A stretch of DNA of 64,000 bases, taken from NCBI RefSeq assembly GCF_009914755.1, contig NC_060931.1; one strand, given 5' to 3'. Below, in pieces: positions 1 through 11,469 of the stretch. This DNA comes from the human T2T-CHM13v2.0 reference genome, Homo sapiens. Within the stretch, counting starts at the first letter, position 1; every line of letters starts with the position of its first letter. The notes under the pieces are model-generated. The model ran no database searches. It was not told where the DNA came from and saw only the letters and a list, made by a program, of their open reading frames with translations. Made by a program: the position numbers and the translations under genes.

Positions 1-23
1 TGTAGTAATATTTTTTATAACTA

Positions 24-494
<471 letters not shown>

Positions 495-781
495 TTATAG
501 CATGTAAGTTCCACCTGGTTCAGAGGACTCCTTCAACAGAAGATGCTTTACTATTCCCAGGATACAGCCAGGTCCTGCACAGTTGAGGCCAACATGTATT
601 GAACCAGCAGCATCCCCAAGACAGCTGCTTGGCTCGGGATGTAAGGCTGCACTGGTCACACTTGACTGAGGCCCAGAGAGCAGACCAGAGCAGCCCGTGC
701 CCATGGAGCTCAAGAACTGTGCAAGGAGAAGTCCGCACAAATAGGATGCCCACTGTCCCCCATTTCCACAGAGCAGTTGCC
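495..781 (-). ncRNA. Candidate downstream exon of a minus-strand spliced transcript (3' end uncertain)
   Basis: Minus-strand acceptor ctctcctctttgtgtgccAG|GGCAAC at 783/781; unique, GC-richer sequence than its surroundings. Confidence 0.45.
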
Positions 782-1543
782 CTGGCACACAAAGAGGAGA
801 GGGTCATTTATCAGAAGAGACAATCACTTGAAATAGGGTGAGTGAAGTGACTGATATGCCCTCCATATATCTGCCGGCCTTACGTTTCACCACCAAACTC
901 CAATCGCATCTTCATTGCTTGTCAGAGTATGATCGGGACCACTTGTGTCAGGGTGACTCAGGATGCTTGGAAACCCCATTCCTGCATCCATGCAAGACCT
1001 ACTGAGTCAACATTTCTTTTGGTAGATCTCAACAATCCATGTTGCTACAAGAGACCTGGACTTGAAAATTAAAGTTTGAGATTCCCAACTCTCTTTTTAT
1101 TTATGTTTTGCATGCTTGAGATATCAAGGTTACCATGCAGTTATTAGTATAATTTTATGTTTTCAATAAGTTTCTCATTATTTATTTTCTAGGCATGCTT
1201 TTCAGTGTTCTAATATTCACAGCTATTTTCTTTATTTTCTCCATTTTTTTCTCCAGAATTCTGTATTGGCTGCTTCATGGCCTTTGCTTCTGGTCAACTC
1301 AGGGCTAAATGGTATGGCCAGTGGCCCCAGCAATCTACACCTGATGATGGAGACCACGAAGTGTGTGATCTTAGGAGGTAAAATTCTGTTGATGATCAGC
1401 AACAACTGATGTAGCTCCCAGAAAACATAGCCCTGCCATCTTTGACAACTATTCCTCCAAAGTTATAGTAGATGGTCTAGTGAAAATTAGCTTGTGGGAT
1501 GCAAGGTGGACAAGAAGACTATCCTACCAAGTAGGTGTCTTAC

Positions 1544-1636
1544 CTTGAGTCTTCCATGATTTGAAAGTGTCCATGTATTTCGCGGTGTTCTGATGTGTCA
1601 CAACATTTCTTCAACACTCCTGTAATCCCAGGGGGA
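1544..1636 (-). ncRNA. Candidate internal exon of minus-strand transcript
   Basis: Acceptor tatttctctctctgaatttAG (alternative AG gives exon start 1619); donor AAG|GTAAGA at 1544/1543. Confidence 0.55.
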
Positions 1637-2375
1637 CTAAATTCAGAGAGAGAAATAACAAAAACACAATTTAGAAACCAAAAGAGAAAATGCTGACTCC
1701 AATCATCTACCCACAGGGTTTAACCCTAGCTAAGAAATCAGTGTTATTAAATACCTGAATATTTGGCTTTCAGCCATGAAGTACTTGGCAGTGTTTGAGG
1801 AATTTCCTAGAGTAGTTCTACGTCCATCCTTGTCAAGAAGAAGAAGAAGCAATGTTTGTTGTCGAGTATGCCAGAGTCCTGAATCCTATCCACCAAATCA
1901 GTTTAGCCTTTTTTAGAGATGCTAGATCCTATGCCCTGACAAGCTTTGTTACAGACTTTTTTTCACTGAATTATTTTTAATCTCCTAGTAATTTTAAGAT
2001 TATTTTGATAAAAGGGAAGAGTTCATACTTTCATATTCCATTAAAATTTGGTCCTAAAATGACAACCTTCATAAAGCCTTTTCAAAAGAAACTACTCTTA
2101 AGCAGATTGTAGGCCAAATATTTTCCAAATTTGCTTACCTTATTGTGCTGTGGGCACTAAACACTAAGCTGCTTAAAAGACCTTTGTCTTTAAAATGACA
2201 TATCTTCTGAATTTAGGAAATTTTCTAAGTGATTTTCAGACCTATAAAAAGTACATTCTCTTGTCTAAACATGTCCCCAAAATGCCATAACTAAAAGACT
2301 CCAAGCTCATTCCAGGGCTGATGTGAAACTTCTTCCAGATCCATTTAACCTAGGCTGGACCACAGTACCACTTAC

Positions 2376-2494
2376 CGATCCATAGATCAAGGGAGCTGTT
2401 GGCATGGGTGTGGACAGAGCTGGAGTGCCTGTACTGCTGAGTCCTAAATTTCAGCGTTGGATAGAGCTGGAGGTAGAAAGATTTGGTGTCCTGG
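2376..2494 (-). ncRNA. Candidate internal exon of minus-strand transcript
   Basis: Acceptor ctccctgtattgccacAG; consensus donor TCG|GTAAGT at 2376/2375. Confidence 0.55.
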
Positions 2495-4064
2495 CTGTGG
2501 CAATACAGGGAGTCCAAAAATGTAAATTGTAGCCTAACCCTTAGGTTATTATGAAGAAACATTTGTCATACATTACAGATCATTCTGTTCCATGTTCTAA
2601 TTTCTCCTTTTTAGTTAGATGTAGTGGCAATAAAAGGTTACTCAAAGGAATGCTGGGAAAATTAAAATAGATATTATATATACAACAAAGCGTAAAGTTT
2701 AGAAAAAAATCTCAAGTGATACCATGTATTAGTGCTAAATATTATTATATAGAAAATATTACACCCATTCAAAAATGCCAAAACCTGAGACCTCCAGAAA
2801 TAGCATATAGGTATAAGGGAATCCCTATTGAGAAGGAGGGAAGAAGAGAATTGCAGAAATAAAGTCATGTTTTCAGGAATAAGATTAAAAAAGAATTATT
2901 TTATTTTTAAGGATACAAAAATTACCACTTGAGTTTTCTTATTTAGGAAACAAATAAATTTTGGCTTTAAAAATGAAAAGGCATTCATGAAGACATAGGG
3001 ATAGCTTTGTTTTATAAAAGCTAAGAGTAATAGCATGTTGAGTGGTCCTGCAGATAAATTTCTGTTCCACATAAGGAAAGTTCTTTTATTAATTTGAGCC
3101 CATGAATTGAAGCAGTGTGTTGTCCATAACCTAAGAGTCCCTATTTTCCTGGTGGAAGGACTTCAAACTTTGTAGATAGCAGCTGACATTGGAAGTGGCT
3201 TCACAACTTGAGTGACTCTGATTCTAAGAAAACTCAAGAGAATTGTTCTATGTTAAATCAGTTAATGCCTTTGGATCAGGATGCATCACTTTCAATAATA
3301 AGAAGGGTCCTTTCAGACAAACTCAAGTGGGATTGTGAGTCTGATGGATTTTAAGGAATTAAAGAGAATTTGTAATGTATTAGAATATTAGAAAATGAAG
3401 TGATTTTTTTAAAAAAGGAAATGTGCTTGCTACAAATCTATAGATTAGTTAGCTTGAATAATTTTGGGGCAACATCTAAAGAAATTTTCAATATTTTGAG
3501 TACTTCAAGAGAAAATTTCTGATGTGGGAGAAAGTGAAGCAATCTCAATAAAATCTGCACCAGGTAGAATATTATTTTATCAAATAATCACTACATAGTA
3601 AAATGAGAGCCATAGTATATGTAAATATTATTCATGTGTATATGTTTCCATGTGTGTGTGCACACACTTGAAAAAACTCTTCCTAATAATTAAATTGAAT
3701 CACAGGTTCATATCTTCCCAAAGAAAACCATTTCAATAATAAAATAATTATCAATAATTATTGGGAAAATGTTGGCATGCCATTTCCAGAACTACTGATT
3801 CTTTTAATGTGACATTGGCAATTTAAAAGCTATAATTTTGTGGCTTCTAAGGAGCCACTGAAATGCTTAAAGAGAGGAGTCAGCAACAAATCTTACACAA
3901 GGAAGGTGAATCACCATTAGTTCTCATAGGGGGGAAGCTGTTCTAAACTTCTCCAATAGATTTTTCTGAGAAAGGCAGGAATCTCATGGCAGTTTTAGAA
4001 TTAATTTAATGTACATTAAGAGCAAAAAAAATATACATTCTTAGACTCTGAGTGAAAGAAAGGC

Positions 4065-4513
<449 letters not shown>

Positions 4514-6611
4514 TAAAATGGCTATAATAAGGATTAAGTACAATAAAGTTGATGGTGCACCTGACGGAAAGGTGGGATCGCAGTGCTAGTTGCTCTTTTC
4601 TCACCTTCAGATTTTATCTGAGAATGAAGAACATGCATTATGGTTTTGTTCCATAGAGAGCAACCCACATTTCCCTCTGCATTTTAAATTTTAGCAAAAC
4701 TCCAAGATCAAGAGCCTGTCTTAAATATTCAAAAAATGTATCATAAATAATGAAAATAAAATGAAATTGTCTTGGACTTCAATGAGCAAATCTCCATGCC
4801 TTCCACAATAGTGTTAAATAGACGGATGTCTTCTTTCATGTCAACGAGAAATAGTTTTCACAGTGGATAACTTATTTTAATATAATGAGTTAAAAATTGA
4901 AGAAGCATCTGCACCTGTCATTTCATTGTCATTAGAAGGAAAAAGTAGATTTTACAACACCAAAGTCAAAACTACTAGAAAATTGAAGAATATATCCTAC
5001 ATCAACACTAAAAGACTCCATCCTGTATGTTAATTCAGTGTCTTATTTGGAATCATGTTTCATTGATAAAGTATCTTGGTGGACCCCTAAAGCAGTGCAA
5101 ATTAAAACAAGATATTTCTCCTGGTATAGAAGATACATGAATAGCACTAATAAAAATAATCTAAGACCAAACCATCCATGATGTCATGGTATAGATTCTG
5201 TGGAATTAACAGTAAACTAACTGTTGGGGTATGAACATAACTGATTGTTTAGTTAAAAAAAAAGGTAATATTTCTGTTCATACTAACATAGGTCTTTGGG
5301 TGGTACTGATTGATCGATAAGAGGTAAAAAATCACTATATTAAGTCTATTGCCAACTTCATTCCAGAGTGAGGCATGGTAAATCATTTGTAATGAATCTA
5401 GTGGTGATGGCTTTCTAGGGGTTTTACTGTTTATCACATAATGTAAAGTAAATTCTAGAATGATTGGACTCATTTTAGTAGCTATAATCTACCCAAAATT
5501 CAGTATAAAAGAGAAAATATTAAGGACCTAAGAGGTATTAATCCACTTAAATGAATTTACATAATAAAAAATAAAATGAGAAAAATTCAGATAACGAGTC
5601 TTCCTTAAATAGGGAAGATTATATCATCTATTAGAAAATAACATATAGTAAAAGACAAAACAATGAGTTGAAGATTAAAAATAATTTCTTCTAGTGAGCA
5701 TTTTTAAAATATATGGTTTTTTAACATATAACCTTTATATGTACAGTTGAGATTTAATGTAATACATAAATGTTTACATCCACACATGTATACTATAGTA
5801 AAGATTTTAAAAATGAAGATTTAAAAACATGCTTGTAAATAATTTATGAAAAAAGAAGATGTCATATTGGAAAACTGAATAATTCTCAGAAATGAATAAT
5901 AAACAAAACACTACATATCGATTCTAGTAGAATTCTAGCAATTCTGGTAGCAATGAAACTTCTATAGAAAGAGTAAAGTATATTCTGTAAATTTTTTTTA
6001 TCAGAAAACAATAAAATCCGAAAATAAACAAGCCCAGAAACCTACTTAAGCACAAAGAAACGGAATGGAGAATACAGGAGAAAGTAAATAAATAAAATAT
6101 TTGCAGAAATTAATAAAATAGACTACAAACATACAATAGAAAGCATGGAAAGTAAGAAGTTTATTATTTGATAACTCCAATTCAAAATGCATATAAATAC
6201 TTTTAAATGAATGAATGAATAAGCATAAAGAAATAAAATAACACTGGCAAATTTAATCAGACATAAATTAAAAAGTAAGGAAGGCACAAATAAAAATTAA
6301 AAATTAAAATAGGAATACAGTTCAGGATAAAATAGATTATAAAGTTAACTAGAAAATTCCAATTACAAAATTAATTTATAAACTTGAAAAGTTATATATA
6401 ATAAACCATCTATATAAAATTAACCATGTAACTTCTTACAATTGGTTCATAAATATCTGAAGAATCCTATATTTTAAAATTTCAACCAGTAATTTAAAAA
6501 TCTTGTAATACCAGACTAAAAAAAGATAATTTACATTCCAACTCTTCCCATGAAGCTAATGTAACCTAAACATATGAAAGAGACATGACTCAGGTAAGAA
6601 AGGAACATACA

Positions 6612-7964
6612 CCCTCAGAAATAATACCACACATCTACAACCATCTGATCTTTGACAAACCTCACAAAAACAAGAAATGGGGAAAGGATTTCCTATTTAA
6701 TAAATGGTGCTGGGAAAACTGGCTAGCCATATGTAGAAAGCTGAAACTGGATCCCTTCCTTACACCTTATACAAAAATCAATTCAAGATGGATTAAAGAC
6801 TTAAATGTTAGACCTAAAACCATAAAAACCCTAGAAGAAAATCTAGGCAATACCATTCAGGACACAGGCATGGGCAAGGACTTCATGTCTAAAACACCAA
6901 AAGCAATGGCAACAAAAGCCAAACTTGCCAAATGGGATCTAATTAAACTAAAGAGCTTCTGCACAGCAAAAGAAACTACCACCAGAGTGAACAGGCAACC
7001 TACAGAATGGGAGAAGATTTTTGCAATCTACTCTTCTGACAAAAGGCTAATATCCAGAATCTATAAAGAACTCAAACAAATTTACAAGAAAAAAAACAAA
7101 CCCCATCAAAAAGTGGGCAAAGGATATGAACAGACACTTCTCAAAAGAAGACATTTATGCAGCCAAAAGACACATGAAAAAATGCTCATCATCACTGGCC
7201 ATCAGAGAAATGCAAATCAAAACCACAATGAGATACCATCTCATGCCAGTTAGAATGGCGATCATTAAAAAGTCAGGAAACAACAGGTGCTGGAGAGGAT
7301 GTGGAGAAATAGGAATGATTTTACACTGTTGGTGGGACTGTAAACTAGTTCAACCATTGTGGAAGACAGTGTGACAATTCCTCAAGGATCTAGAACTAGA
7401 AATACCATTTGACCCAGCCATCCCATTACTGGGTATATACCCAAAGGATTATAAATCATGCTGCTATAAAGACACATGCACACGTATGTTTATTGCGGCA
7501 CTATTCACAATAGCAAAGACTTGGAACCAATCCAAATGTCCATCAATGATGGACTGGATTAAGAAAATGTGGCACATATACACCATGGAATACTATGCAG
7601 CCATAAAAAAGGATGAGTTCATGTCCTTTTTAGGGACATGAATGAAGCTGGAAACCATCATTCTCAGCAAACTATCACAAGGACAAAAAACCAAACACCG
7701 CATGTTTTCACTCATAGGTGGGAACTGAACAATGAGAACACTTGGACATAGGAAGGGGAACATCACACACCAGGGCCTGTTTTGGGCTTGGGGGAGGGGG
7801 AAGGGATAGCATTAGGAGATATACCTAATGCAAATGATGAGTTAATGGGTGCAGCGCATGAACATGGCACATGTATACATATGTAACAAACCTGCACGTT
7901 GTGCACATGTACCCTAGAACTTAAAGTATAATAATAAAATAAATAATAAATAAATAGAAAAAAA
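6612..7964 (+). mobile_element. 5'-truncated L1PA (PA4/PA5-like): ORF2 C-terminus, 3' UTR, poly(A)
   Basis: ORFs 6585-7253 and 7126-7374 translate to L1 ORF2 (FNKWCWENW..., [13 protein letters not shown]); L1PA 3' end ...gtaccctagaacttaaagtataataat. Confidence 0.97.
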
Positions 7965-8220
7965 TTAACACTGGAAATTTTTTAAATATGGGATGTAAGT
8001 GCCAGATCAGAAGTTGTACTTAAGGATTTTATGTGACTCTCCTGTGTTAGCTGGAAACATCACCACAATAAGAAAGAGGCGACTCTAGAATTAGGAAGCA
8101 ATACTTCTGAATCATTATCAGTAATGTGATAAGGGTTACCATAAATTGCTTGATTTTACTGTGCTTCACTCACCACACTGAAAATGGGGTGATTAAAATT
8201 ACCTTCTCTTTAAAAAAAAA
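7965..8220 (+). other. L1 3' transduction (unique DNA, ATTAAA, second poly(A))
   Basis: TSD aagaaaggaacataca at 6596-6611 and 8221-8236 encloses both the L1 and this segment; ATTAAA 8192-8197; A-run 8212-8222. Confidence 0.9.
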
Positions 8221-8763
8221 AAGAAAGGAACATACAATTCAATTTTACTCATTAACATAAGTGTACAAATCCTAAACATTATATGATTAAACCAAGTACA
8301 TTAACATGTAAGACAAATCATCATGTACATAGCTAATTTTCTGCTGTTAAAAAATGTGTGGATGAAAAACAGAATAAGCATTAATCAAATTGATGTAATT
8401 CACCACTTATGAATTAATATGATTATTTCAATAATATGTAGAGTAACTGTAAGATGAAAATTAACACTCATTCACTGTAAAATTTAAAAATAATTAAGTG
8501 GCTAGAAGAGAACTTCCTGAACTTGAAAACATGTTCCATATATTTGAAAATCTATCCAACCCTACAGAACATATCTTTCTCATAGGTTACCTGTAAAAAT
8601 AATTATTTAACAAATCAAGGAAAAGACAAGGATGCCAACTATCACAGCTTCTTGAAACATGTTATAGAATTTCCTAGCCAATGGCAGTAAATTTGTCTTA
8701 AATAATGAGGTGAGCTTTAAAAGAAATAAACATGATGACTGTATTTTCCCTTAACTCAGTTAG

Positions 8764-8890
8764 GGATTTGGATCCTGCTCCTAATCCACCTCGGTTTCCA
8801 TCGCAGGTGATTAAAGCAACATTTGCCTATATCAGCAATTGTCATAAAACCAAGTTAAAAAGCATTTTAGAAATTCTTTCCAAAAGCCCT
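8764..8890 (+). pseudogene. ATM: Orphan copy of a 127-nt ATM coding exon (recalled as c.4110-4236; exon 28, or exon 30 in old numbering)
   Basis: ttttcccttaactcagttAG|GGATTTGGAT ... AAAAGCCCT|GTAAGT; open reading frame; no neighbouring ATM exons in window. Confidence 0.92.
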
Positions 8891-9762
8891 GTAAGTATAC
8901 ATGATGAGTTTAATAATAGAGCATTCCTTCTTTTTTAGGTAAAAAAAATCTTTGTAAGTACATCTTAAAGAGGAAAAGTAAACAAATGAAAAATTTATCT
9001 CATAATTAAAAAGGAAAACATTCATTTACAAGTTTAAATGGTATTTTAATTGTCAGCATTAATTGAAATATGTTACATATGAGAACAGAATCTTGTGACA
9101 CTTTAGTCATATATTAGCTCAGGGAATATATCTACTTTTTCATAGGAATATACTATTTTATTGTAGTTTACTTTCTGAAAATTAAATAAAATACAGTCAT
9201 CATTTGAAAAAGTTTTGCTCATAGACCAGTGAACTTCCAAAATGAAAATTTAGATTTTAATAACCCCCAAATTCAAAACTATTTTTCTACTGAAAAACTA
9301 TACTTTCAATAAAATCACAAATGACATATCACAGTCCAGATATATAAATCAGATTATCTAAATACCTTTCACCCTCAATAACTTAAATAATCTTAAATGA
9401 TCTTATAATAATTTTATTAAAAAATCTTATAAAGTTAAAAGGCAATTCCACAAATGAGCCTCAGTATTACTTCAGATCAGAATCAAAGCTCTATGCCAGT
9501 ACTGTAAAAGCAGTATTTTAAGACATGGCAATTAACACTTATTTAGACAGCGTGAAATTACATATGTGAAAGTACTTTCTCAGATATTATTACTATTTTA
9601 TATGCCCAGCATAGTAGGGCACATTAAAAAAAAAAATAAAGCATATTTTCAAGTAGCTTACAATCAAGCCAGGAAAACAACTCTAATGTTCATATACAAC
9701 TCAGAGACATTCACATCCAAATTAAATTGTACAGATAATAAAGTACAATAAAGAAAAGGTGG

Positions 9763-9859
9763 GGCTGGGTACGGTGGCTCATGCTTGTAAACCCAGCACT
9801 TTGGTTGGCCAACACGGGGGAATCACTTGAGGCCAGAAGTTCAAGACCAGCATGTGCAA
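9763..9859 (+). mobile_element. Partial Alu left monomer inside the ATM-derived insert
   Basis: ggctgggtacggtggctcatgcttgtaaacccagcactttgg... ends abruptly in the A-tail. Confidence 0.85.
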
Positions 9860-10219
9860 AAAAAATAAATAAATAAAAAATAAACATAATGAAAATAGCT
9901 GATTATATAATTGTCTACAATGAAAATTCAAGAGAATCTATAGAAAATGTATTATATTTCATTAAAAGATGTAGACAGAGCAATATATAAAGGTATAGAT
10001 AAAGGATTAATGTATAAGAATGAACTGCACTTTTATGTACAATCAGGAGTTAGGTAATTAAACTTTTTAAAATAACAATCATAGTAGCCATAAGTTACAT
10101 GATGCCTAGGAAAAAATTTAACCAGGATAATCCAAAATATTTATAGAAAAAAATTTAGGCCTTTTTTCTATGGCACTATATAAAGCTAGGCATTTTTTCC
10201 AATAGAGAAAGACAGACAA

Positions 10220-10424
10220 GGAGGAAGAGAGTGAGGGCAGTTGAGAGAGACAGTGAGAGAGACAGAGAGAGATAGACAAATTGGAAGACTTTTGACCTCA
10301 TGTTACTAGATGCAGAAGATTATTTAACATAGTACTATATCCATTTATAGTATAAAAAGATACACAGATGATGGATAGAGACATGATAGATGATAGATGA
10401 TGATGATGTTGTAGAGAGAGAGAG

Positions 10425-10452
<28 letters not shown>
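10220..10452. repeat. (GA)n / (GATA)n / (GACA)n simple repeats
   Basis: Directly visible. Confidence 0.9.
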
Positions 10453-10455
<3 letters not shown>

Positions 10456-11469
10456 CAGATAGACAGATAGACCGATATCTTCCTTAACTTAATAAAAAAT
10501 ATTCATTCTAAACCTCCAGAATATGATTACACTGGATTTGCAAAGTTAAGGATTTGTCATAGCATGTTTTGGCAAAAATTTGAAGAGATGAGCAGTCACT
10601 TGCTGTTGTACTTGCTGGTATCTTTGGAAAAAAATTAGAGTTTATTTTGCAAATAAACATGCCTGTTCCTTAGAATCCTGCAGCAATTTGACTTCTCTAG
10701 ATATAGTTTCTGTACAAACCATTACATATAACTGTCAAGGAATGGGCACATGAATGCTTATAGCAACACTATTTTGACAGCAAAACTTGGAAATATCCCA
10801 AATGCTCATCAGGAAGAATAGGAATATAGAATGGGCATGTAGTATATATGAAATACTCATAGTGTAGGTGAAACAATATGGATGTATGGTAGAAGCATAA
10901 TATTGAAAAAATATTTTAAGAGATGTGTATATATATATATATGCTTTTTTTGCATAAATCTCTAGTATAAGAAAAACTTTTGAAATAACATATACATTGG
11001 TGTGGTAACATTTTATTTTTTGAAAAGCAAAGCAATGATGAATGCGCCCAAGAGGAGAGGAGGCAAGGGCAGTGTTTGCTGAGAAGCACTAAAGGTTGTC
11101 TCAGTGCCATTTATGTTATGCATGTACTGAAGTAATATGTTGAAGACCTTGCACTTTCTCTTTTGTATCAACTGCTAGACAACATAATCACAAAGAAAGA
11201 AAGAATGTCAGGTTTAAAATACAGCTAACTAGAAACATAAATATGTAAAATGTAGTCATTAAAAAAGCTCAATGCATAGATTAAACAATAGATTAGATAG
11301 TGGTGAAGAAAGAATTATTGAAATGAATGATTACTGAATTGGAAGATATATTGTGGAGATTACAGAATTCAGCAAAGAGAAGAGAGCAAGTCAAAAAAAG
11401 AAAGATATGCAAACACACATTGCACGTGCTCTGAAAACACAAGCGGTAGTATACTTGTCATAATATTCA

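Larger units (their letters stand above)
8734..9872 (+). pseudogene. ATM: Retrotransposed unspliced ATM gene fragment (one exon plus intron, internally inverted, poly(A) tail, TSD)
   Basis: Translation [42 protein letters not shown] matches recalled ATM residues ~1371-1412; 16-bp inverted repeat 8732-8747/9188-9203; A-tail from 9858; TSD aaaagaaataaacat 8719-8733 vs ataaaaaataaacat 9873-9887. Confidence 0.92.
5560..11150 (+). mobile_element. Ancient, highly diverged L1M (ORF2 to 3' UTR), interrupted by the younger insertions at 6612-8220 and 8734-9872
   Basis: A-rich degenerate L1 ORF2 motifs (ggaaaagacaaggatgccaactatcac at ~8620; ataattgtctacaatgaaaattcaagagaatct at ~9910) continue colinearly across both insertions; outer limits approximate. 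Confidence 0.65.

Noticed and set aside
2130-2145. Extra minus-strand donor AAG|GTAAGC; also plus-strand donors near 6591 and 12168
   Set aside because: No convincing paired acceptor; expected by chance at this sequence length
6585-7374. 222-aa and 82-aa ORFs as a gene
   Set aside because: Frameshifted C-terminal fragments of L1 ORF2 in a 5'-truncated element
8732-8938. This window being the real ATM locus
   Set aside because: Only one exon is present, it differs from recalled ATM at two residues, and it lies in a TSD-flanked insert inside an old L1
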